A DNA stretch of 64,000 bases from Candidatus Latescibacterota bacterium (GTDB lineage: Bacteria > Latescibacterota > UBA2968 > UBA8231): the NCBI GenBank assembly GCA_965242865.1, contig CBDETK010000013.1, positions 512,001 to 576,000 on the forward strand, read 5' to 3'. Below are positions 57,030-64,000 of the stretch, one piece after another. Numbering within the stretch: the first letter of the stretch is position 1; each line of letters begins with the position of its first letter. The notes below the pieces were generated by a model, which ran no database searches, was not told where the DNA came from, and worked only from the letters and a program-made list of their open reading frames with translations. The position numbers and the translations under genes are program-made.

Positions 57030-58388
57030 ATGCGTCTAACCTTTGCCGACGGCACCCTACTCCTGCGCGACTTTGCCGGCCAAGACGCGCCCCCCGCTTT
57101 TGTCTGGGACGCCCGCGTCGATCTATTCCGCGCCCAAGCACTCCACTACCGAGCCTGTTTGGAACACCTCAAGAAGGCGGGCGTGGCATTCGACAATACC
57201 GTGCCGCGCTACAACAGGCTTTCCTTGACATGGCGAGACGCCCCGCAGCCATACCCCCATCAGCGCGAAAGCATGGACGCTTGGGAGCAGCACGGCCGCC
57301 GCGGCGTCGTAGTGTTGCCCACGGGCGCGGGCAAGTCGCAAGTGGCGCTCATGGCCATCGCGCACGTTCAGCGGAGCACGCTCGTCGTCGCGCCGACCAT
57401 CGACCTGATGAACCAATGGTACGACTTGCTAACCGCTGCGTTTGCCACTGAAGTGGGCCTGCTCGGCGGCGGCTACCACGAACTGGCCGACCTCACCGTG
57501 GCCACGTACGACAGCGCGTACCGGTATCTCGACCGCTACGGCAACCGCTTCGGCTTGGCGGTCTTTGACGAGGTGCATCACTTGCCCGGAGAAATGTACA
57601 GCCACGCCGCTGAAATGTGCATCGCGCCCTATCGGCTGGGGCTGACGGCCACGCCCGAACGCGCCGACGGCCGCCACGCGCTCCTCGACACCCTCGTCGG
57701 GCCGCCCGCGTACGAGCGCGGCATCCGCGCCCTGTCGGGCGAATACCTCGCCGACTACCGAGTCGAACGCCGCCAAGTAAACATGGTCGCCGAGGAGCGC
57801 GTCCAGTACGAGGCCGCCCGCGACGAGTACCGGGCCTTCCTCGCCGACAAAAACATCCGCCTCGGCACCAAAGACGGCTGGCGGCACTTCGTCATGCTCT
57901 CGGCGCAGAGCACCAGCGGCCGCCGGGCCATGCAGGCGTATCGCCGCCACCGCCAAATCGCCTTGGGCACCACCGTCAAGCTCCGCGTGCTCGAAGACAT
58001 CCTCAAGGCCCACCCGCGCGACCGCGTCCTCGTGTTTACCAACGACAACGAGACCGTGTACCAAATCGCCTCTACCTTCCTCGTCCCGGCCATCACCCAC
58101 CGCACCCGCACCAAGGAGCGCAAGGCCATTCTGCAAGCCTTTAACCAAGGCGACTATCTGTGCTTGGTGACCTCCAAGGTGCTCAACGAGGGGGTCAATA
58201 TCCCAGAGGCCAACGTCGCGGTGGTGCTGTCTGGCTCCGGGACCATCCGCGAACACGTCCAACGGCTCGGCCGCATCCTGCGCCGTCGCCAAGGCAAGGA
58301 GGCCGTGCTCTACGAAGTGGTGTCCAAAGACACGGTCGAAGACCACATCAGCGACCGCCGCCGCCGCCACGAAGCCTACAAAGCGTGA
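57030..58388 (+). CDS. XPB/Rad25-like superfamily 2 helicase
   Basis: PYPHQ, LPTGAGKS, FDEVHH, LGLTATPER, VLNEGV, QRLGRILR. Confidence 0.92.
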   Translation: MRLTFADGTLLLRDFAGQDAPPAFVWDARVDLFRAQALHYRACLEHLKKAGVAFDNTVPRYNRLSLTWRDAPQPYPHQRESMDAWEQHGRRGVVVLPTGAGKSQVALMAIAHVQRSTLVVAPTIDLMNQWYDLLTAAFATEVGLLGGGYHELADLTVATYDSAYRYLDRYGNRFGLAVFDEVHHLPGEMYSHAAEMCIAPYRLGLTATPERADGRHALLDTLVGPPAYERGIRALSGEYLADYRVERRQVNMVAEERVQYEAARDEYRAFLADKNIRLGTKDGWRHFVMLSAQSTSGRRAMQAYRRHRQIALGTTVKLRVLEDILKAHPRDRVLVFTNDNETVYQIASTFLVPAITHRTRTKERKAILQAFNQGDYLCLVTSKVLNEGVNIPEANVAVVLSGSGTIREHVQRLGRILRRRQGKEAVLYEVVSKDTVEDHISDRRRRHEAYKA

Positions 58389-58389
58389 G

Positions 58390-59613
58390 ATGCTGACTAC
58401 GGATTTGCTGCTAACCCGCTCGCGCGGCCCCTATATCGCTCCCCGCTATCTCGACGTCGAGGACCCGCAATACATCGCGCTCGCTCAAGCCCTCATCGAT
58501 CGCTACAACGCCCACCAAGGCGCGCCACGGCAAACGCTCCAACGCGCCTTGGACCTGCACGCGGGCGACCGCACCGACTACCGAGTGCAGCGCGGCTTGG
58601 CCAAACTGCTGGGCGACGACTACTGCGAATTTTACATCGACAGCCCGCAGCCGCCGGAAGAATTGCGCCACGCCGTGTTTGCCCTCGCCCGCCAGCACCA
58701 TCCCATCGTCCGCGAAACCAGCCTCATCTACCCGGTCAAGCGCGAAGATTTGCTGGAGCAAATCGCCCGCAAATACCACATCAGCAGCAGCGCGGTGCTC
58801 GACGGGCTATATGCCGATCTGCCCACCAACCACGTGCTCGGCACCTTTGACGCGCCCTCGCCCCATCAACTCCTCACGCGCTACAACGTCGCGCTGGCCC
58901 AAGCCATGCTCTACCGCTGCGAAATCCTGCGCCTGAGTGTGCATCGCAACCTGCCCGTGCGCTATAAACAGCTCTTCAAGTTCATCAAGTTCTACCGATT
59001 GATCCACACCATTGAAGGCGACGTGGACGCCGGCTACGAGATCGGGCTCGACGGGCCGGTGAGCATCTTCCGCCACTCCCAAAAATACGGCCTGCAAATG
59101 GCGGTCTTCCTTCCCGCCCTGCTCCTGTGTACCCGCTGGTCGCTGCAAGCCGACATTTTGCGCAAAGACGGCCGCCGCCAGCAATTCGTCCTCGACGACC
59201 AATCCGGCCTCGTGTCGCACTACAAGGATCAGACCTTGTACGACTCCCTGTTGGAGGAGACGTTTGCTGTGCGCTTTGCCAAGGCTAAAACCCAATGGCA
59301 GCTAGAGCGGGAAAGCGAAATCGTCAATCTCAAAGAGACCGTGATGATCCCGGACTTTACCTTCCGCCATCCCGACGGCCGCACGGCCCTGCTGGAAATC
59401 ATGGGCTACTGGCGGCCCGAGTACCTAAGGCGCAAGCTCGCAAAACTGCGCCAAGCTCAACGCCGCGACCTAATCGTCGCGGTCTCGTCCAACCTCAACG
59501 TCAGCGCGGACGACTTCACTGATGTACCGGGGGGGGTCTTCTTCTTCAAGAACAAAATCCAGCCCAAAGACGTCATCGCGTTATTGGACCGGACCGAGCC
59601 GCAAGCCTCGTAA
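58390..59613 (+). CDS. DUF790 family (Bax1-like) endonuclease
   Basis: MLTTDLL, LYADL, RYNVALAQ, DGP.S.F....KYG, DS.LE, IPDF, LEIMGYWRPEYL..KL; 1 nt after the helicase. Confidence 0.9.
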   Translation: MLTTDLLLTRSRGPYIAPRYLDVEDPQYIALAQALIDRYNAHQGAPRQTLQRALDLHAGDRTDYRVQRGLAKLLGDDYCEFYIDSPQPPEELRHAVFALARQHHPIVRETSLIYPVKREDLLEQIARKYHISSSAVLDGLYADLPTNHVLGTFDAPSPHQLLTRYNVALAQAMLYRCEILRLSVHRNLPVRYKQLFKFIKFYRLIHTIEGDVDAGYEIGLDGPVSIFRHSQKYGLQMAVFLPALLLCTRWSLQADILRKDGRRQQFVLDDQSGLVSHYKDQTLYDSLLEETFAVRFAKAKTQWQLERESEIVNLKETVMIPDFTFRHPDGRTALLEIMGYWRPEYLRRKLAKLRQAQRRDLIVAVSSNLNVSADDFTDVPGGVFFFKNKIQPKDVIALLDRTEPQAS

Positions 59614-59726
59614 GGGAGGGGTTATCCAGCAGTAAGGAACCAGCGTCGAAGACCAGAATTCGTGGAACTCATGGGGAAAACGTTGCTATTGCGGAGAACG
59701 AGGCGGCGTTTGCGGCTCACTAAAAA

Positions 59727-60359
59727 TTACCGGGCGATTTCCCGCGCCATGGCATCTTCCAGATCGCATCCGGTTGCGAGCCAATCTTTGCGGATCGCCA
59801 AGGCATCTATCTGTTGTTCCTCTTCCCCGATAGGCCGGTCGTCGAGCATTCCCATGAAATCCAAAGTCCGGGCCATGCCGGCGAGGAAGGAAGGCGTCGG
59901 CAACAGATACGATGTCCAAAAGTGCGACGCGGCTGCGTGCGGAACGATGCTGTTCACCGCCATATCGGGATAACGCTGATAAATGGCGGCCAGCAGTTGT
60001 CTAAATGTCCGCGAGAGAACCCATTGGGCAACGTCTTGCAGATAGCGGGCGATCTCCTGCGGAAGCTCTGCCAACATTGCAGCACCCCGTGCGTAACCAG
60101 AGTCCGTCAGGGAGTACAGGCGATACTTATTATGATCGATGCCCACTTCGTTCTCCATCGACAACGCATCGAGATCTTGGAACACGGCCAAATCGAGTGG
60201 ACCGTAGTTGTAGGGCTTGAAATCAAAATGCGGCCCCTCGACGAACTGGGGGATCTCCTTATCGACCAAGAAGAGGAGCTTTTGTACTCGCACTGGGTCG
60301 AATTGCGTCCCTGCTCCACCGGCCGCCATGGCCGTCAACACGACTTCAGGGCGTTTCAT
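59727..60359 (-). CDS. SocA/Panacea(DUF4065)/YwgA-like antitoxin domain fused to an extra C-terminal domain
   Basis: RVQKLLFL, FDFKPYNYGP, YSLT..G, LL.AIY.RYP; then PSFLAGMARTLDF..DA.AI.KDW..TG.DL..AM; strong RBS gaggagg. Confidence 0.7.
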   Translation of the reverse strand: MKRPEVVLTAMAAGGAGTQFDPVRVQKLLFLVDKEIPQFVEGPHFDFKPYNYGPLDLAVFQDLDALSMENEVGIDHNKYRLYSLTDSGYARGAAMLAELPQEIARYLQDVAQWVLSRTFRQLLAAIYQRYPDMAVNSIVPHAAASHFWTSYLLPTPSFLAGMARTLDFMGMLDDRPIGEEEQQIDALAIRKDWLATGCDLEDAMAREIAR

Positions 60360-60391
60360 AATATCCTCCTATAATCGTAGAGTGCCTTGTG

Positions 60392-60436
60392 CCCCGTGTA
60401 CACGGGGTGACCGCCGCCCTGTCTATTCAGGGCGGC
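60392..60436. promoter_or_regulatory. Perfect 16-bp palindrome plus adjacent 9-bp hairpin upstream of the Panacea-like gene
   Basis: ccccgtgtacacgggg (60392-60407); gccgccctg-tctatt-cagggcggc (60413-60436). Confidence 0.5.
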
Positions 60437-60519
60437 AACAACGGCAACAGAGAAGATATGGAGCGAGGATAGCTGATTCAAGCACCCGTTGGGCTTTTCC
60501 TGTCAAACGCACCCGCCGC

Positions 60520-61842
60520 TTAGTCGGCAGGTACTGCGCTGAATTTGCGTCGCACGAAACGCAGCGCGGCGGGGTAGCTATCGATCTGCCCCTCTAGCTG
60601 GGCGTCCTCAACGGCCGCGAGAATCTCCTTAAAGCGCGGCCCCGGCTGCAACCCCAAGGCAATCAAGTCGCGCCCGGTCAGCAGGGCCGGCGGACGCAAC
60701 TGCTCCTTTTTTAGCTGGGCCAACTGCGCTTGGCAAAACTCGTATAGGTCGAGCTTGCCGTGGCTGGCCAAGCAATCAGCGCGGTGCAACTGGAGCAGCT
60801 CGGGAAAGTGCGGCTCGCGCAACAGGCGCATCAGCGTACTCGGGCGCATCTGGCGCACGTGATCGATCCGCAGATGGTCGGCGACGAGCGTGCAGACGCG
60901 CTTCCGCGCTTGGTTGGACATCTGCAGCCGCCCGCAGATCGCGGCCGCCATGTTGGCCCCAACCGCTTCGTGGCCGTGGAAGCGAAGGCGGTCGGCGCGG
61001 ACCAGAGTAGCCGGCTTGCCAATGTCGTGCAGCAACGCGCCCCAAGCCAGCTCGGCCGACGGCTCGTCGAGGTGATCAAACAGGGACTGAACGTGGGTCC
61101 ACACATCGCCTTCGGGATGGAATTCTGCGTCCTGGGGGACGCCCCGCATGGCCGCGACCTCCGGTAGCACGACTTGCAGCAAGCCCGACCGCTCCAACAG
61201 GCGCAAGCCGCGCCGCGCTCCCCCCTCGGTCAACAGCAGGGTCAACTCGTCGCGGAGACGCTCGGCACTGACGCCGGCAATGCACTCGGCCCGGGCGCAG
61301 AGCGCGTCCCACGTCGCGGGTTCGATGGCAAACCCGAGCCGGGCTTCAAAGCGCACGGCCCGCAACAGGCGCAGATCGTCTTCGGCAAAGCGCGCCCGCG
61401 GCTCGCCAATGGCGCGGATGACTTGGGCGCGGAGGTCTTGCTGCCCGCCAACGTAATCGAGGATCGCGGCGTGTGCCGGGTCGTAGAACAGGCCGTTGAT
61501 GGTAAAGTCGCGGCGCTGGGCGTCGGCGCGCGCATCAGCCGGCGCAATGGAGGTGGGACGGCGTCCATCGCGGTACGGGCCATCGCAGCGAAAGCGCGCA
61601 ACCTCGTAGGAACCTTCGTCGAGCACCACTAGGGAGATGCCAAACTGCGCGCCGATCGGGACCGTGTGCTCAAAGAGCGCGGCCACCTCTTGCGGCTCGG
61701 CATCCGTAGCCACATCCCAGTCCTTGGGCACGCGCCCCAATACCAAGTCGCGCACGCAACCGCCCGCGAGCAGGGCTTGGAAGCCGGCCTGCCGCAAGGT
61801 CTCGACAATGCGCCGAGCCCCAGCGTCTATATCTACATTCAT
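60520..61842 (-). CDS. cca: CCA tRNA nucleotidyltransferase with HD domain
   Basis: GGCVRD, DWDV, RRDFTING, EDDLRLLRAVRF, HPEGDVWTH, LLHDIGK. Confidence 0.9.
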   Translation of the reverse strand: MNVDIDAGARRIVETLRQAGFQALLAGGCVRDLVLGRVPKDWDVATDAEPQEVAALFEHTVPIGAQFGISLVVLDEGSYEVARFRCDGPYRDGRRPTSIAPADARADAQRRDFTINGLFYDPAHAAILDYVGGQQDLRAQVIRAIGEPRARFAEDDLRLLRAVRFEARLGFAIEPATWDALCARAECIAGVSAERLRDELTLLLTEGGARRGLRLLERSGLLQVVLPEVAAMRGVPQDAEFHPEGDVWTHVQSLFDHLDEPSAELAWGALLHDIGKPATLVRADRLRFHGHEAVGANMAAAICGRLQMSNQARKRVCTLVADHLRIDHVRQMRPSTLMRLLREPHFPELLQLHRADCLASHGKLDLYEFCQAQLAQLKKEQLRPPALLTGRDLIALGLQPGPRFKEILAAVEDAQLEGQIDSYPAALRFVRRKFSAVPAD

Positions 61843-61900
61843 CAGATTGATCGCCTCTCGGTCGAAAGTACCATTCGGCTGCCAAAATGAGCAAGCACTT

Positions 61901-61929
61901 TTGACAAGCAGCCATCCCTAAGTTATTGT
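61901..61929 (+). promoter_or_regulatory. Sigma70-type promoter
   Basis: TTGACA (61901-61906), 17-bp spacer, TATTGT (61924-61929). Confidence 0.65.
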
Positions 61930-61939
61930 GTCGCTCGCT

Positions 61940-62830
61940 ATGTCGTCTTTGCTCTATGGCCTCACCCGCATCGCCCTTTGTGCGTCAGTGCCTTGCTGCG
62001 CGGCCGGCCTTCTTTTTTTGGTCGAATACCAAACCCAATTCGCGGCCCGCTACGTTGGCCAATACCTCGTGCAGCAAAACCCCAAGCGCCAGCCGAGGGG
62101 CGCGCTCTGGCAGGGCATTCTCGCCAGTCGGCAAACCCGCATGGCCCTATCCGACTCGCTGGCCGAGACCCCCCTAAAGCCAAAGCCGCGCCAAACCCCG
62201 CAACCCGTCTTGCAAAACCACTATCAACTCCAGTACCACGGCACCCACGCAGCGTTCTTTGCGGTGGCGCGGCGCGACTCCGCCCTGCAACCCGAGCAAT
62301 TCGACCCCGCGACCCTGCGCGAACTCGCCTATTCCCTCCAGATCTACGAGCAGGGCCGCTACTTGCTAACCCAAGCCATCGTCCCGGACGACGCCTCGTA
62401 CCTCCGCGCCCTCATCGGCACCCAAATAGCCCTAGAGGACGGTTCGCTCTTCTACCAACTCCACAAGTGGTTGCTGGCAAAAGACGAGCCCGAAGCCTGG
62501 ACCTTTTTGAAGATGCAAGAGGAAGATGTGGCGTACTGGCGCGAGCATCTGGCACCGCTCTTGAGCGCGGACCCCGACCCCGCGCAAAGCGATGCCGGGC
62601 CGATCATCACCGCAGCCCTCGCGCAGATCGTGCAAGCCCGGGCCGACTCCCTGCGCCACGGCGAGACCGCGCACCTGCTCGCGGCGTGGGACGGCGCAGA
62701 CGGCTTTGAGCTGCGCCTGACCCGCACTGGGGACCAATTCGCCGCGTACGCAATCATGCCGGGCCGCGAGGCCACGGCGCTCGTGCTGCCGGCCCAACTC
62801 GTGCAACAACGCCTCGGGCTCGAGCCGTGA
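61940..62830 (+). CDS. Hypothetical membrane-anchored protein upstream of the PBP
   Basis: N-terminal hydrophobic helix; host-like codon usage; GTGA overlap with the PBP gene. Confidence 0.65.
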   Translation: MSSLLYGLTRIALCASVPCCAAGLLFLVEYQTQFAARYVGQYLVQQNPKRQPRGALWQGILASRQTRMALSDSLAETPLKPKPRQTPQPVLQNHYQLQYHGTHAAFFAVARRDSALQPEQFDPATLRELAYSLQIYEQGRYLLTQAIVPDDASYLRALIGTQIALEDGSLFYQLHKWLLAKDEPEAWTFLKMQEEDVAYWREHLAPLLSADPDPAQSDAGPIITAALAQIVQARADSLRHGETAHLLAAWDGADGFELRLTRTGDQFAAYAIMPGREATALVLPAQLVQQRLGLEP

Positions 62831-64000
62831 GCCGCCCCCTGCTCATCGGCGCGGTCCTGACCGGGCTGCTCGTTTTGGCCACCGGACTGGGCGTCGGGTA
62901 CGTCGTCTGGCGCATGGCCCCGGGCTTGCCCAGCCTGCCCACGGACCCGCGCGAGTTGGGCATCCGCCCCGGCACGGAGATGTACGCGGCCTCGGGCGAG
63001 CGCATCTACACCTTCAACCAGAGCCGCCAATGGGTCCCGCTCGAGCGCATCAGCCCGCACGTGATCCACGCGCTCATTGCCACGGAGGACGCGCACTTTT
63101 ACCACCACCGCGGCATCGACCTGCTGTCCATTGTCGGCGCGATGCGCGACAACTTGCTCGCGGGCGGCCTTACGCGCGGCGGCAGCACCTTGACGCAGCA
63201 GCTCGTCAAGCGCCTGTTCTTTTCGCCGGAAAAGACCTTTCGGCGCAAGCTGTCCGAAGCGCTGCTCGCCGTGCAGCTCGAATCGTTTTTTGCCGCCTCG
63301 TACCCAGACACCAACGCCGCGGGCCAGCCTGTGTACAAAGACCGCCTCCTAGAGCTGTACCTCAACGAGGTCTTCTACGGCACCAACGCCTACGGCATTC
63401 ACGACGCCGCGGCCACCTTCTTCAACACGACCCCAGACTCGCTGAGCCTGCCCCGCGCGGCCATGCTCATCGGCCAGCTCAACGCCCCCACCGCGTACAA
63501 TCCCCTGCGAAACGCCCGCCAAGCCACCGCCCGGCTGCAACACGTGCTCGACCGCATGGCGGCCAGCGGCGTGCTCGACCCGCAGACGCGCCGGGAATAC
63601 GCCGCCCTCCGCACCGCCGACCTCATCGACCCCGGCTACCCGCCCCGCAACCCGGTGCCCTATTGGGTCGAAGCCATCAACGCGGAAATCGTCCGGCAGT
63701 GGGGGCCATCGGCCCTGCACTACGGCAGCCTGAAGGTCTATACCACCTTGGACATTGCCATGCAAGAAGCGGCCGAAAACGCCGTGGCCAAGGGCATGGT
63801 CGAATTGGATGAGCGGCTGGGGTTTAAGCCCTATTCGGAAGCGGCCATGGCCGAGCGGCCCGCGTACGTCCAAGGCGCGTTGGTATGCCTGTCGCCGGCC
63901 GGCAAGGTGCTGGCCATGGTCGGGGGCCGCGACATTTTCGTCAGTTACTACAACCGGGCCCTCACCGCCCGCCGCCAGCCCGGCTCGGGCTTTAAGCCGA
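62827..64000 (+). CDS. Class A penicillin-binding protein (PBP1A-like); truncated by the window edge
   Basis: GTG 62827; TM anchor, EDAHFYHHRG, GGSTLTQQLVK, RKLSE, LELYLN, ends RQPGSGFKP (SxxK). Confidence 0.92.
   Translation, partial: MSRPLLIGAVLTGLLVLATGLGVGYVVWRMAPGLPSLPTDPRELGIRPGTEMYAASGERIYTFNQSRQWVPLERISPHVIHALIATEDAHFYHHRGIDLLSIVGAMRDNLLAGGLTRGGSTLTQQLVKRLFFSPEKTFRRKLSEALLAVQLESFFAASYPDTNAAGQPVYKDRLLELYLNEVFYGTNAYGIHDAAATFFNTTPDSLSLPRAAMLIGQLNAPTAYNPLRNARQATARLQHVLDRMAASGVLDPQTRREYAALRTADLIDPGYPPRNPVPYWVEAINAEIVRQWGPSALHYGSLKVYTTLDIAMQEAAENAVAKGMVELDERLGFKPYSEAAMAERPAYVQGALVCLSPAGKVLAMVGGRDIFVSYYNRALTARRQPGSGFKP

Overview
This is a 64 kb window of GC-rich bacterial chromosome. The gene content is four PhyH-family dioxygenases, sulfatase, arylsulfotransferase and sulfotransferase genes, a DUF6785-type membrane protein and Rpn genes. 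That mix resembles Latescibacterota/Poribacteria-like sponge symbionts, but this is inference only. The catabolic and envelope backbone is interrupted by many small, more AT-rich insertions with defence or toxin-antitoxin (TA) character: (1) a type III R-M mod-res pair bracketed by a duplicated gene 3' end (HerA-like) and carrying a compositionally foreign target-recognition domain; (2) an ABC/AAA ATPase + DUF3226-like pair; (3) a DUF262-DUF1524 (GmrSD-like) gene; (4) an HsdR_N-domain gene; (5) two rpn genes with internal RBS-ATG starts for small C-terminal antitoxins, one with the long form disabled; (6) a SocA/Panacea-like fusion gene; (7) two unannotated, translationally coupled small-protein + membrane-protein pairs. 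Other notable items are a PhyH-fold enzyme with an HxG (halogenase-type) iron motif, tandem orphan LivJ-like lipoproteins, an SBP + output-less HAMP + OFA-MFS triad, an XPB-Bax1-like pair, and many pseudogene fragments (tldD-like pair, hicB, HTH, cupin). I saw no rRNA, tRNA, CRISPR array, integrase or intact IS. All family assignments come from motif recognition by eye, not database searches.
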